Sequence record: PV261924.1
Direction: 5' to 3' (one strand)
DNA length: 64,000 nucleotides
A program made the position numbers and the translations under genes. Of the stretch, positions 37,701 to 48,300 are shown piece by piece (the first letter of the stretch is position 1; every line of letters begins with the position of its first letter). The notes beneath the pieces are model-generated. The model was given only the letters and a program-made list of their open reading frames with translations. It did no database searches and was not told the origin of the DNA.

Positions 37701-40700
37701 GAAGTCTTGTGACTGAAGACTAAATGTATCAATGTTCAGAATCGTTGATGATGCAGAGTAGATAGCTGGAATTGAAATATCCCTATTGTATGGATTACTA
37801 TCATATACATCTGTTGGACTATTGAATGGTCCATACTTATGGTTGGTTGTGGCAACTCTAAAGTCAATCGTAGGGATTGTAGAACCATTGGTGACCTGAG
37901 AACCACCATCATCCATTCTACCTCTTACTGTCTCACCAACGACAAATGTTCCATGAATCATCTCAATTTCAATGAGTTTTGGTGTCACATAGTTGTTAAC
38001 ATCAACATCATCAAAGAATGAATAGACTCTTGTAAATGGTTTGAATGATGTTGCAGTTACATCAATATTACGAGATCTCATAAAGTTGATGATCTCTCTT
38101 CTTACAACTCTACTACCAAGAGATTCTGTATCAATTCTCTCATTAACAAAGAACTGTCTTCCAGTTCTATTCTGTGAAAGATTGACAGACGTTGTTGCTC
38201 TTATATTATTGTCTGTAGTTGTTGTATTTGTTCTCTGAGTTGTTGTATTTGTAGTTCTTACTTGACCCGTTCTTCTTGAACCTTGAGTATTAGTATTGGA
38301 TGTTTGTCTTGTTGTAGAACTTGTCTGAGTTGATTGATTGTTTGACAATGAGGTGTTTACATCTACACCAACAGTCTGCCAAGAATTCCAAATAACAGGA
38401 GAAACACCTGCTCTTGAACCATCTCTTCTTGTTCTAATATCTGCACCCAGAGCTTCAGCAACACCTCTGAACGAACCCTCCATCATTACATCATTGACTT
38501 CAAGTTCGTTTACATCAATCCAAACGTCAACTTCGGGAGTAAGTTCAATATTACCTTGCCAGAACTGAACCAGATATGGAGTTACATTTTCAGCTCTTGT
38601 TGCAAATGGTTGTTGTAACCAAGTTTCATCAGTATAATCAAGAGTCAGGATTCTACCACTCTTCTTGACATTTGCACCAACAACTTCTGCAAAGTTTGAA
38701 TCTTGATTTGCGTCAGATGTAGTACCAATACCAGTTACTGCAGTTGTTCCCAGTTGAAGATTGAGTGCAGTAGTGTAGTGAGATGGTCTAAGAACACCTC
38801 TCTCAGTGTCAATACTGTTTCTGATACCAATACTTGTATCTTGAGGTTCAAGAGTTGTGAAGTTATCTACAAAGATACCAGACTTGAATCTGTTGTTTCC
38901 ATTTGCGTCTTCAACGAAGAGATTGAGTGTATTCGTCTCAAGTTGATTTAATGAAGTATAATACTCAAGATTCTTGATTCTCTGTTCAAGTTTAGAGATA
39001 TCACTCATTTGATATCTCTTATGTTCAATAAACTTAATTTCAGCGTCTGTAGTGTCGAAAAGATATGCTGGGAGGAATACATTAGCAATATTCATCACAC
39101 CACTCAGACTATCTGGAAGTCTAGGATCATCGTCTGGTGCACCTTCAAGAACACTAAGAATACCTTCTTTATCGATGAAGACTCTATCTGCTCTTGGTAA
39201 GTAATAGTCATATGTCACCGTCAGTGACTCGTCAGAAGCAATGATGTGACTTGATGATTGGAGATTACCATTCTGACCATCAGCAAAGTTTCTACCATCA
39301 AACTCAAATGGTGACCTTACATTTTCAGCAACCACATAATCAGTGAGTCGTGGTCTTACATCAATAATATCAGATACTCTTACATCTTGGACTCCTCCAA
39401 TTTCTGTTCCATAATTATACCCAACATAAGAGTTGATAGTTGTAATATCACCCTCGTCTGCATTATCATAAGAAGATGATGCAAAGTATACACGAAGTTT
39501 TCTAGCAGGAATCTGTGCTTCTCCTCTTCTCTCAATTCTAGAGTAATCGTAGAATGTTCCTCTTTGACCATTGAAGAATTTAAAGTCAGTAGTAACTTCT
39601 TTAGAACCCAGTTTTACATTTGATGAGACACCATTAACTGTTGAAGACTCAAAACTAATTACTTCTGAATTCTGGAATGTTGTGTCATTCAAATATGTGA
39701 AGTAAATCGCAGTATCATCAAGTTTCTGGAGATAAATTGCTTTTGCACCACTGGTTTGACCTGTGAGAATTTCTCCAATAATCAGGTCATTTGTCGTAGC
39801 AGTAATACCATCAAGTTGTGATAATGTCATGTTAGGACATACTGGATCAGAATTGTCATCTGACTCAAAGATGCCGTAGATCTTATAGACATCAACAGTA
39901 TTCAGTGAGATTACTTCATCCTGAACTCTTGTACCATAAGGATAGTTACCAGTTGTTAAACCATCATCTAATGTAGTTGAACCAATACCAGATGCAGCCC
40001 TACTAGACTTATTGATAATCAAATCTTGGGACACGTTCTTCAGTTTTGTTTTTGAAGTAACGTCAGTCTTTCTGATTGTAGTAATCAGTTTGGTATTGGT
40101 ATCATTAGAACCAAGACCATTGATTTGAAGTGACTTTGAACCATTCGTAAATTCAAATCTATCTTCAGTCAGAACTTCAGTAGAACCATCAGATCTAATC
40201 AGAGTATATCTCTCCTCATCAAATGGTAAGAATACTTCCTTATCCTCAGTATTAATGATAGGAGTAGAATTATTAGTAATGGAAGTTGTATATTGTCTTC
40301 TAATTACTAATTCAGACCCAATAAGATTTACTGATGAGATATTGGTCTTAGGGAAAGCACTGTAAAGAGTGTCATTATTGGCCAAATTACCTGAACCAGG
40401 ACCACCAACCCCTTTGGTGGAGAGGAGTTCAAAGTTCTGAATAGTCTCTACACTGGTTGGAAGAGCACCATTACAAATACCAGAAACAGTAGTTACGGCT
40501 TCAACAGTAATATTAGTCTGACCAACACCTGTTACTCTTGCAAAACTTGCTACATCTAAAGTTGGTCTAGAATATCTTACAATATTACCAACAGTAACGA
40601 TGCCAACGAACGAAAAACCAGGATCTGCAGGAATTGAAATCAGTGATGTGCTACCAGATTCTGCAGAAATATTTGCTGAACCAAAATTACGAACTCGTGA

Positions 40701-42398
40701 CTGAATAGTATCTCCAGTAAAGGTTGCAGCAGTTCCAACTACACCAAATACTGACTTAACATCAGATAATGAGAAATTTTTATCACTTGTAACAAATCTT
40801 GCATCATCCAATATCCCATTGAAGAGAAGTCTCTCCCCTTTATGGAATTCACCTTCAACATTATAAGCAGTTAGTGCAGTACCTGCTGTTACATTATGCT
40901 TAAGATAACCCTTTGCACCACTTGACTCACCCTTGATAAAGGTTGACGTGGTAAGTGTGATTGGTTCGTTGAGTGTGATGTCAGTATATGTCTGAACATC
41001 AAATAATGATAAATCCCATGTATTCAAGTTGGGGAATGCAGTATCATACGAACCACCTTCTAAAACAAAGTCATATACTCTTGCAATACCAATTTCTTTA
41101 CCTGAGGAGGTCAATGAATTAACACCAACTCTCTGATCTCTCAAACTCAGAGTCAAAGATGTATTAATACCAATTGTTGCAGATCCACTAACTCTGTTTA
41201 AGTTGAGAGTTGGTCCAAAACCGAAATTAACTGCTTGATCTTCAATAGTTCTTGTAGTTCTTGGCTTTCTAAAGTCAATTAAAGTAGGAGCAATGGTTTC
41301 TACCTCATATCCCCTTACATAAGCCTTACCAGGAGAGATTTTGTAGATACCAAGGTCGTCACTAGGAACATTACCAGATTGAGTGACTTGAGTCGAATTA
41401 TAGATACCTCTATTTCCTTCATTGTTGTTAAGACTATTCTTAACTGAAGTTACAAACTCTTTTACGTAATAATCGCCAGATTCATCAAAAGTTCTACGTG
41501 CAAATTCGTCACCTAAGAAGTTATAATCAGTATTTTTGTTAATAAGACGTAAAACACCGTCTTTTACTTCCGATAATTGAACAAAATTCGACTCATCAAA
41601 ACTATCAAGTGGCTTTTTCGACAAAGTTGTCGAAATTTTCAATCTATCGGCACCAGGAGCCGTAAAATTGTTAAATCCTTGGGCATTATCATTAAGTGAA
41701 GGGTCAACATCAGAAGAAACGATCTCTTCAACAACATCTAAACCTACTCGATAGGATGGGACATTAGAATATTGGTCAAGAATCAGTGTTTGGGCACTAA
41801 CATTGACAAAATACCCTCTCAGAAAGTAAACACCCTGAGATAAATTGAATGATGAACCAATAATTGCTGCATTTTGTGGAATTGTTGTTGCAAAACCTTC
41901 ACCAGCAGAAATAAAGGTAGATGCATAAGTGATATTCTTACTAGTAAGGAGAACTTCACTGTCTAAAAACGTACTTACATCCTCATCAGAGTTTGCAGAA
42001 TTCTCATAGTTCAAATAAAGGGTATATGTGCCTCTTTCGGACTCTTCGTCTGTGATATATGTGACAACTTTTGCGGTTACGCCAGATGTTGCACCAGTAA
42101 TTGTGGTACCAACAATTTGATCGAGATAAATGCCAACAGGAACACCCAAGAATTCGGGCTCAATCTGTACACCATAAAAATTCTGAATATATGTCAGATC
42201 ACCAGGAATTACTTTTGCACCTTCTTTGAAGAAGTGGTTACCCATCTCTTCAACTTGGTTTTGCAGAATAGACTGCAGACCAGTCAGTTCTCTTGCTTGA
42301 ACAGGAAAACCAGGTTTGAATAGAACCTTATAATAATTCGACTGGGGATCAAAGTCGTCAAAATATGGGGCGACATTGAGATTAGTTTCCTGTGGCAT
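34779..42398 (-). CDS. Large virion structural protein (VrlC-like / DUF4815-type)
   Basis: MPQETNLNVAPYFDDF, VQARELTGLQSILQNQ, TAPGADRLKI, DPLAQTF. Confidence 0.85.
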   Translation of the reverse strand: MPQETNLNVAPYFDDFDPQSNYYKVLFKPGFPVQARELTGLQSILQNQVEEMGNHFFKEGAKVIPGDLTYIQNFYGVQIEPEFLGVPVGIYLDQIVGTTITGATSGVTAKVVTYITDEESERGTYTLYLNYENSANSDEDVSTFLDSEVLLTSKNITYASTFISAGEGFATTIPQNAAIIGSSFNLSQGVYFLRGYFVNVSAQTLILDQYSNVPSYRVGLDVVEEIVSSDVDPSLNDNAQGFNNFTAPGADRLKISTTLSKKPLDSFDESNFVQLSEVKDGVLRLINKNTDYNFLGDEFARRTFDESGDYYVKEFVTSVKNSLNNNEGNRGIYNSTQVTQSGNVPSDDLGIYKISPGKAYVRGYEVETIAPTLIDFRKPRTTRTIEDQAVNFGFGPTLNLNRVSGSATIGINTSLTLSLRDQRVGVNSLTSSGKEIGIARVYDFVLEGGSYDTAFPNLNTWDLSLFDVQTYTDITLNEPITLTTSTFIKGESSGAKGYLKHNVTAGTALTAYNVEGEFHKGERLLFNGILDDARFVTSDKNFSLSDVKSVFGVVGTAATFTGDTIQSRVRNFGSANISAESGSTSLISIPADPGFSFVGIVTVGNIVRYSRPTLDVASFARVTGVGQTNITVEAVTTVSGICNGALPTSVETIQNFELLSTKGVGGPGSGNLANNDTLYSAFPKTNISSVNLIGSELVIRRQYTTSITNNSTPIINTEDKEVFLPFDEERYTLIRSDGSTEVLTEDRFEFTNGSKSLQINGLGSNDTNTKLITTIRKTDVTSKTKLKNVSQDLIINKSSRAASGIGSTTLDDGLTTGNYPYGTRVQDEVISLNTVDVYKIYGIFESDDNSDPVCPNMTLSQLDGITATTNDLIIGEILTGQTSGAKAIYLQKLDDTAIYFTYLNDTTFQNSEVISFESSTVNGVSSNVKLGSKEVTTDFKFFNGQRGTFYDYSRIERRGEAQIPARKLRVYFASSSYDNADEGDITTINSYVGYNYGTEIGGVQDVRVSDIIDVRPRLTDYVVAENVRSPFEFDGRNFADGQNGNLQSSSHIIASDESLTVTYDYYLPRADRVFIDKEGILSVLEGAPDDDPRLPDSLSGVMNIANVFLPAYLFDTTDAEIKFIEHKRYQMSDISKLEQRIKNLEYYTSLNQLETNTLNLFVEDANGNNRFKSGIFVDNFTTLEPQDTSIGIRNSIDTERGVLRPSHYTTALNLQLGTTAVTGIGTTSDANQDSNFAEVVGANVKKSGRILTLDYTDETWLQQPFATRAENVTPYLVQFWQGNIELTPEVDVWIDVNELEVNDVMMEGSFRGVAEALGADIRTRRDGSRAGVSPVIWNSWQTVGVDVNTSLSNNQSTQTSSTTRQTSNTNTQGSRRTGQVRTTNTTTQRTNTTTTDNNIRATTSVNLSQNRTGRQFFVNERIDTESLGSRVVRREIINFMRSRNIDVTATSFKPFTRVYSFFDDVDVNNYVTPKLIEIEMIHGTFVVGETVRGRMDDGGSQVTNGSTIPTIDFRVATTNHKYGPFNSPTDVYDSNPYNRDISIPAIYSASSTILNIDTFSLQSQDFPQFSGWISRSMILTGASSGAQARVSNVRLITDRVGTLQASYFVPSPNNPANPIFETGRSSFRLTSSRTNSTIEGLVSTAGESIFYSQGDVDTTQETTLSVRNATVRRADLTQRRNIGDTATSNTITITDTNTDTQSTSTTSVRVIPPRIDPLAQTFLVDDPTGVFITKVDLFFVTKDENIPVLFEIRETNLGTPTDKVLPFSFKSVDPKDVNLSDDGTVATTITLDAPVYLNPEKEYAMVLLSHSTEYRVWISRLGEADVTTLGQEAGQILVTEQPLLGSLFKSQNASVWTPSQYEDLKFNLYVANFKSQGSVSFYNPELPSDLAQIDPNGLTVNSREIRVGLGTTVSDSGLVVGRTVKQLGNGAQGTLVAFAGSVTSNFTITNAGVGYTPSSATFTYTGVALTAVTGKGVNATADITIENGVATEAVVRAGGTGYVVGDVLTPVQVGSVNLGSGIQLSVNELLGNNTLVLDNVQGNFTTNSAYPLYYENSVGFTTELNDVGGNVIPVSPINVTEQGNYIRVFQRNHGLYSNVNRVTISDVRSDLVPNTLSQEYGFDTTTFITIEGLATDFETFENLGVGGTNPGYVKIGDEIISYTGVNGRTLTGVTRGIDNTTIATHSSGELIYKYELNGVSLRRINTSHLLANVVSSELDEAPIGLDYYYVKVQMNANGTNRAPANAAGFPPLYFKENKLAGGPLVKGTYNLPYNLITPKVTTITPQGTNLISQVRTISASSVSGNQESYLDKGYKQVTIFDKNYFDGQRMVASAQNESNLLNGDTFAGNKSFEMQFTLLSGNSRISPVIDLDNASVVYTMNRISRPVTDYVADFRVNGTEDDPNRFTYVSKNVTLENPASSLQVLLDGYVSNYSDIRVFYALNQDVPVEETIFVPFPGYKNIDINGAILDISSNNGTPDKRVPKVDAYVPEPTQDQYKEYKFTIDEVKPFKTFRIKIIGTSTDQSTVPMIRNLRVLSFA

Positions 42399-42403
42399 AT
42401 CTC

Positions 42404-43963
42404 TTAGAATTGCAAGATAACTTTAACGTCTTCTTTCTGTGAAGATGATCTGGTGACTGATGGCCTATTATCAACATAAATGATGTCACCAGAGTACTTT
42501 TGAGACTCTGGATTTGAAATTCCACTATTGAATTCCTGACCCAGATAGTAGGTACGACTATTTATTGTCGTAGATACACCTGAAAAGTTTTGGTCAATAT
42601 TGAGTGTGTTACCTGAAGTTGGTGAGATTTGGATACTACCACCTGTTGTAGGTGATGATGTAAACTTCAATTGTTCAAAACCATATACAGGAACAACGTT
42701 CTGAGTGCCATCAGTATTGAATCCTGCAGTCCTTCTGTCCTGCCAATACTTCAAAATACCAGTCTGTTGGTCATAAGAAACAACTCTACCGATGGCTGTT
42801 GAACCTAAACCAACGGTTTGTGTAACAAAACTGTCTGCGGTAAAGACTGCTTCACTGTAACCAGTACCAACAAGCTTCAATGCATAGAGTGCACTGGCTT
42901 TATCTTTGGTCAAATTGGTTGTTGAGTTGTAATTTGTTGGATTTTTGACGATTCCAACCTGTGCAAACTGGTTTCCAGTGATAAAATCGGGATTTTGGGT
43001 GTCATTTTCAAATCTAGCATAAGAAAGTACGTTATAAGCACCCAATTCACGATAAATATCGGCACCATGACCACCTGGAGGAGGAATAATTACGTTAAAA
43101 ACGGGTGCGACACTGCCATTTGGGACACCACCATTCTCTAAATCGAGAGTTCCGAAGGAATATCCACTTCCTCCTCTTGAAATTGTCACAGATTCGACTT
43201 TTGAGTCGTTATTGATGACAACTGTAGCCTCTGCACCACGTCCATCGCCTAAAATTGGCACTCTTGTGTAGGTAACATTGGCAGTTCCGATGCCAACTCC
43301 ACGATTTCTGATGGTAACAACCTTTAATTGACCACTTGTGCCTGCATTTTCTCTTACAGCAGAGTAAGAACTGTTGGTTTCCCAGTCAGTTGGGACTGCA
43401 ATATAGTTTGTTGAGTCAAATTTGATGATTTGATTCGGCTTAATCGTATAAAGATACTTCCAAATATAACCATCACCACTGCTTCCAGCCTCTCTTGGCT
43501 CCAAATCTGTGAAATTTGGCTCGTCAAGAGAAGGACCACCTCTAAAACTATTCTCTGGATTAGCGTTATTGAACAGACAGATATAAACTTTATACTCACT
43601 ATTCATTACATAATAGTTGGAGTCGTAAATGTCATACGATCCAGATGGTTGAGATGGGTTATCTCTATCAATATCATTCCTCCACATGTCATATGTGGTA
43701 CCAGATTGCCAGGTAATTTTCCTTATAACCTGGCTTACATCACCCGAATTAATCTTTTTAAGGGCCAACATGGTGTCCCAGTAATAGTTGGAGTCATCCA
43801 AACTATCTTTTGGGGCAGGTGGATTCGAGTTCCAATCACTCTGAAACTCAGGAGCATCTGGTAGACCAATCCACGCATAGTAAGAATTAGAAGAATCTTG
43901 TACAGAATCGACAAAATTCTTCGCATTCAAGATACGCAGTTGATCAGTAATTATCGCAGCCAT
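42404..43963 (-). CDS. g8: Baseplate wedge subunit gp8
   Basis: MAAIITDQLRILNAKNF, YYVMNSEYKVYICL, DGYIWKYLYTI, SGDIIYVDNR. Confidence 0.9.
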   Translation of the reverse strand: MAAIITDQLRILNAKNFVDSVQDSSNSYYAWIGLPDAPEFQSDWNSNPPAPKDSLDDSNYYWDTMLALKKINSGDVSQVIRKITWQSGTTYDMWRNDIDRDNPSQPSGSYDIYDSNYYVMNSEYKVYICLFNNANPENSFRGGPSLDEPNFTDLEPREAGSSGDGYIWKYLYTIKPNQIIKFDSTNYIAVPTDWETNSSYSAVRENAGTSGQLKVVTIRNRGVGIGTANVTYTRVPILGDGRGAEATVVINNDSKVESVTISRGGSGYSFGTLDLENGGVPNGSVAPVFNVIIPPPGGHGADIYRELGAYNVLSYARFENDTQNPDFITGNQFAQVGIVKNPTNYNSTTNLTKDKASALYALKLVGTGYSEAVFTADSFVTQTVGLGSTAIGRVVSYDQQTGILKYWQDRRTAGFNTDGTQNVVPVYGFEQLKFTSSPTTGGSIQISPTSGNTLNIDQNFSGVSTTINSRTYYLGQEFNSGISNPESQKYSGDIIYVDNRPSVTRSSSQKEDVKVILQF

Positions 43964-43982
43964 GTTTAGAGGACTTTTTTCT

Positions 43983-43990
43983 TATTTATT
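43983..43990 (-). promoter_or_regulatory. T4-type late promoter (g8)
   Basis: AATAAATA. Confidence 0.7.
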
Positions 43991-45320
43991 ATGATAATGT
44001 GAGACTTGTGGAACCGATACCAGCAACTGTAAATGTTAGAGTAGTTCCAGAGAACGTAATCTGAACACCTTGAGTAGATGCCGCACTTACAAATCCACCA
44101 ATTGCAGTAACAATACCAGTGTTATACTGATTAGTTGCCGTAACAACACCTAATGTCGATACACCAGTAACTACTAATGAATCTGCATTTATATTTGCAG
44201 TGTTTGCAACACCAGTGTAACTAATTGTCGAAATACCAGAATTTGTGGTAACACTTATATTGGATCCAGCAGAGATAAGTGTAGTAATTCCTGTTACATT
44301 AGAAGCATCAGCACCAGTCAGAGTGGTGACTACACCAGTCATTCCTGAACCATCAGCACCAGTCAGAGTGGTTACAACACCAGTCATTCCTGAACCATCA
44401 GCACCAGTCAGAGTGGTTACAACACCAGTCAGGTTCGATCCATCACCATAATATGTTGCACCAGTTACGATTCCAAGAGTAGAAATACCAGATACTTTGA
44501 AATAACCTAATACATCAGCACCACCATGTTTTGTTTCAAATCTCTTATTGTTGTTATAATACAGCTCAACACCATAGTTTCCGTCAACGTTAGTTGACAT
44601 TACTTGTGTTGTTCCAGCACCACTAGTAAAGTTTTGGGTATCTGCCTTAATATTTAAAGCACCTGTATTAGCTCTAATGACATTCCCATCAGAGTCATTA
44701 TGGAAGATAGTAAATTCTGATTGTTCTCCTAAGATAAATTGTTTGTCATCAGTCATCAATAAAGATGAACCAAGACTTACAGTACCCGTAAGTGTGGATA
44801 CTCCTGAAACATTAATACTTCCTGCAGAATGACCTGCACCAACAAACATTGATCCGAAAGTACCAACACCCGTGATATTAATATTTCTACCTGTTACTTC
44901 ATCATAGACAATATCATCAGACACATAAAGATCACCACCAACATACAAATCACCACCAGTGGTAGTAATACCGCCTTGACTTGCAAGTGTTGTGATACCA
45001 GAAGTAAGAAGTGTAGTTACGGTAGTTACACCTAACGTTGTAATACCAGCTACCTTTAGATTTCTAGAGATATCTACATCCGTCGTCGCAATGGAGACTG
45101 GAGTAGGTGCAGAAATTTCAACGTATCCTGTTGTTGTATTTACAGCAACATTTGTTCCTGCAGTGATGGTGGTTACAACACCTGTAGCAAGTGATGAACC
45201 GTCACCAATGAGATTATAGATCTCACTAAAGTTACTGTTGATTTTAATACCACCAGAAACTAGTGAATCACCTGTCCCATCATTAGGAGCTGAGCCAGTG
45301 TTAATACCTTGGTATGCCAT
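43989..45320 (-). CDS. Baseplate-anchored fibre with T4 gp9/gp10-like N-terminal domain
   Basis: INTGSAPNDGTGDSL..GGIKINSNFSEIY; Thr/Gly-rich shaft. Confidence 0.8.
   Translation of the reverse strand: MAYQGINTGSAPNDGTGDSLVSGGIKINSNFSEIYNLIGDGSSLATGVVTTITAGTNVAVNTTTGYVEISAPTPVSIATTDVDISRNLKVAGITTLGVTTVTTLLTSGITTLASQGGITTTGGDLYVGGDLYVSDDIVYDEVTGRNINITGVGTFGSMFVGAGHSAGSINVSGVSTLTGTVSLGSSLLMTDDKQFILGEQSEFTIFHNDSDGNVIRANTGALNIKADTQNFTSGAGTTQVMSTNVDGNYGVELYYNNNKRFETKHGGADVLGYFKVSGISTLGIVTGATYYGDGSNLTGVVTTLTGADGSGMTGVVTTLTGADGSGMTGVVTTLTGADASNVTGITTLISAGSNISVTTNSGISTISYTGVANTANINADSLVVTGVSTLGVVTATNQYNTGIVTAIGGFVSAASTQGVQITFSGTTLTFTVAGIGSTSLTLS
44306..44430. repeat. 45-bp in-frame tandem repeat, about 2.8 copies
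   Basis: CATCAGCACCAGTCAGAGTGGTTACAACACCAGTCATTCCTGAAC at 44306, 44351 and 44396; encodes GVVTTLTGADGSGMT. Confidence 0.95.
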
Positions 45321-45346
45321 CTACTGTAGGATCCTTTTCTATGTTT

Positions 45347-45354
45347 TATTTATT
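45347..45354 (-). promoter_or_regulatory. T4-type late promoter
   Basis: AATAAATA. Confidence 0.7.
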
Positions 45355-48300
45355 TTAAGTTTGATAGTTATTAAACTTCAAAGGTCTGAATCTCTGAACC
45401 AATGGTGAGCTAGTAATACCTGTGTATGAATTAGGTGTAAACTCAAGTGCATCTGTGGTTGCTCTATTCAAGAATTGAATCTTACCCCATGTGTATTCAC
45501 CGAGATTTCTCCCTCTTATGAAACCAGCTACCGTGGTACCAAATCCAACGTTTGCAACCTCAACTCTTCTAATTGCAGTTGTTCCAAGACCAACTGAGGT
45601 CAGATCAACTGTGGAATTATAAGCAGCAGATACCTGATAGATATTGTCACTTGTGCTTGTAGACAGACCAAAGTTTGAAAGATTGACCACAAAATAATCA
45701 CCAGTATTGAGTTGACTGATAGTAACTGCGGTACCTACAATATTGGGATCTCTCATGTAAGAATTCTCTGGAATATAAAGTTCAAGTGTTCCAAGAGCAC
45801 CTGTGGACTGTGCATATCCAACAATCTGTCCAAGATCACCAAAGTAAGAACTGACACCAATTTGTTCTCTTCTAACGGAAGGTTGTTGAATAAGAACACT
45901 AGGTGCCTGAGTGTATCCTGTTCCTGCATTAGAGACAGAAATAGATACCACTCCATCACCAGTTACTGATGCAATACCTGTTGCTCGGGTTCCATTAGGA
46001 TTATCTGGTAAAGATACTGATACTGAAGGAGTTGTTAGATAAGAATAACCGGCACCAACATTACTTACGGTAAATGATGTGATTATTCCACCATAATCAT
46101 TATCTACAACATATCCTGATGCTCCTGCTAGACTTGGATCGTCTTGTGCTGGTGTATTACCATCTTGGAATATGCTTCTAATAGTAACAAGTGATGGTTT
46201 ACTAATGACTGGAGCAATGTATGTGTTATGGAATGCATAACCTAATGGGTTATTTGCTTGAATACCTGCTTGGGTACGCATTGAATCACTCCACTCTGGA
46301 GAAAGACTTCCATTTTCCCACAAACTTGTGTATTCAAACATACAGAAGTTTAGTAAGTATAAGTATTCTTTAGCCGCTACTTCAAACGCATCTGCATCTG
46401 TTTTCCAAGTATTTCCACCATATCCTGATGAATCCCAAAAACCTCCGTCATATGCTTCTTCCATTGCTGCATATAAATCACCTGTCTGCCAATCAGATGC
46501 CAAGTAACTGTATAGTTTTATAGTATCTGCAGGTAAACCATGCATGTGTAGTGTATGGAATACGTGCTCAATAACTTCTTGTGCGTCTTGATCACCATCA
46601 CCATATCCACTACCAGTTGAGTTCAAGTACCACACCATGTCATTTTGAACAGTGGTGTCAAATAAGTTAGTTAAGTTCCAATCAATAATACCTTGGTCAG
46701 TTAGGAAGTTTGGAGTATAGTCTGCTCCTGCACCTCTTGCTACTCTTTGAATAGTTGGTTTACCTGCGTGGTAAGTTCCCGAGTCACCACTCAATGTTTT
46801 GATCAAGTTTCTTTGGGATGTTTCATTAATACCTGCACCATTTACATCTGTAAACAGTTCAACCATACGAGCAACTTTTTCTACCCATACATCTGGAACT
46901 GCTATTTGTCCGCCAGTTGTACCTGCAGATACAATTCTTACACCATTAACTGTGACTTCACGTTTGAATAAATCACTACCGTCACCAACAAGATTAATAA
47001 TTGGACCATTGTTATATTCTGGATCTACACCACTACCAGTAGATGCAGTAGCAATTGCAGATGCAATTGGTGATTGATCAATAATAACAATTCTATCTTG
47101 ATAATCTAAGAGTGAAGTTTCATTTGTAGAATTGAAGAATGGTCTTACAGTGTCTGTATAAGCAACAGCACTTGAGGTTCCAACATAAGATGTCAGATAT
47201 GCTGCAGGATAAATTGATGGTTCATACTCAACTCTATCCTTAGTTACAAAGTCACCATTGATAGTGATATCGTCAGTTTGCTTACACCATGTAAGCGGTC
47301 TTACAAGTGCTTGATTTGTAGTAATACCAGGACCATCGTAAGGGAATGTTCTTACAGTATCAAGAGTTGTAATACCAACCACAGTTCTTGGTTCTTGATA
47401 TAAACCAAATCCTTGACCCTTAGAAGAATCATTCTTAAGTTGTAAACTATCACCTACCTTGACAGTTTCAAGAATATCAACCAAAACTACGTCTACATCA
47501 GGTGTACCTTTGTAGAAGATGATCTTTGATGTGTCACCCTTTTTGGGAGCCTCTGTAAATTCAATGATAGAACCACCATTAAACTTATACGACTGATTTG
47601 GTACCTGAAGAATGTCATTGATGGTAACAATCAGACATTGTGCAATGTTGATGTCGGAACCATCTGCGGTTTCAATAGCAAATCCAGCACCAGCGATAGT
47701 GAGTGGGAATCTCTTCTCTACACCATCGAACAAGGTATCGAGTTTATCAAATACATCGAGTTCACCGACCGTAAATCCATTGAATGTGTCACGATAGGTA
47801 GTTGAAACCGTGAGTTGGAATTCATCATATGTGTAACTTGTATCAGTCTGGATACCAGTTGTACCACCAATAGAGAGTCTTAATACCTCTCCATCACCAT
47901 AACCAAATCCACCACTTACAATATCAAAGTTAACAACACTTGAACCCTGACCAACTGTGATGTCTACACGAGCACCTGTACCCATTCCAGTTTGACCGTC
48001 CGCATAGACCAGAGGAATATTTGAATAGGGAAGAGGTGCATCAATTACGATAAGAGGAGGGTTATTCTGATCAAGGTTTGCTCCAAAGTAACTGGTTGTG
48101 ATTGCAACAACTTGTCCATTCTGAACGGTTGCTGTACCGATGTTCACAACTGTTGTGATGCCAGTTGAAGAAACTGCATAACCAACATTGACTGTTTGAA
48201 CACCAACTCTATATCCAGATCCAGGATTACCAATTTCAACAGATGTAATCGTACCACCACCAGATACAAAACATGATGCACCAGCAGATATCAATGGTTG

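Noticed and set aside
37280-38350. Thr/Asn/Arg-rich low-complexity stretches in the VrlC-like protein
   Set aside because: No discrete repeat unit or frame disruption; most simply variable loops.
44306-44430. CRISPR-like mini-array
   Set aside because: Repeats are contiguous, without spacers, and in frame within a CDS.
46093-47040. gp7 insertion as an intein or group I intron
   Set aside because: No C-terminal His-Asn followed by Cys/Ser/Thr, no LAGLIDADG or Hint motifs, and the frame is continuous; treated as a domain insertion.
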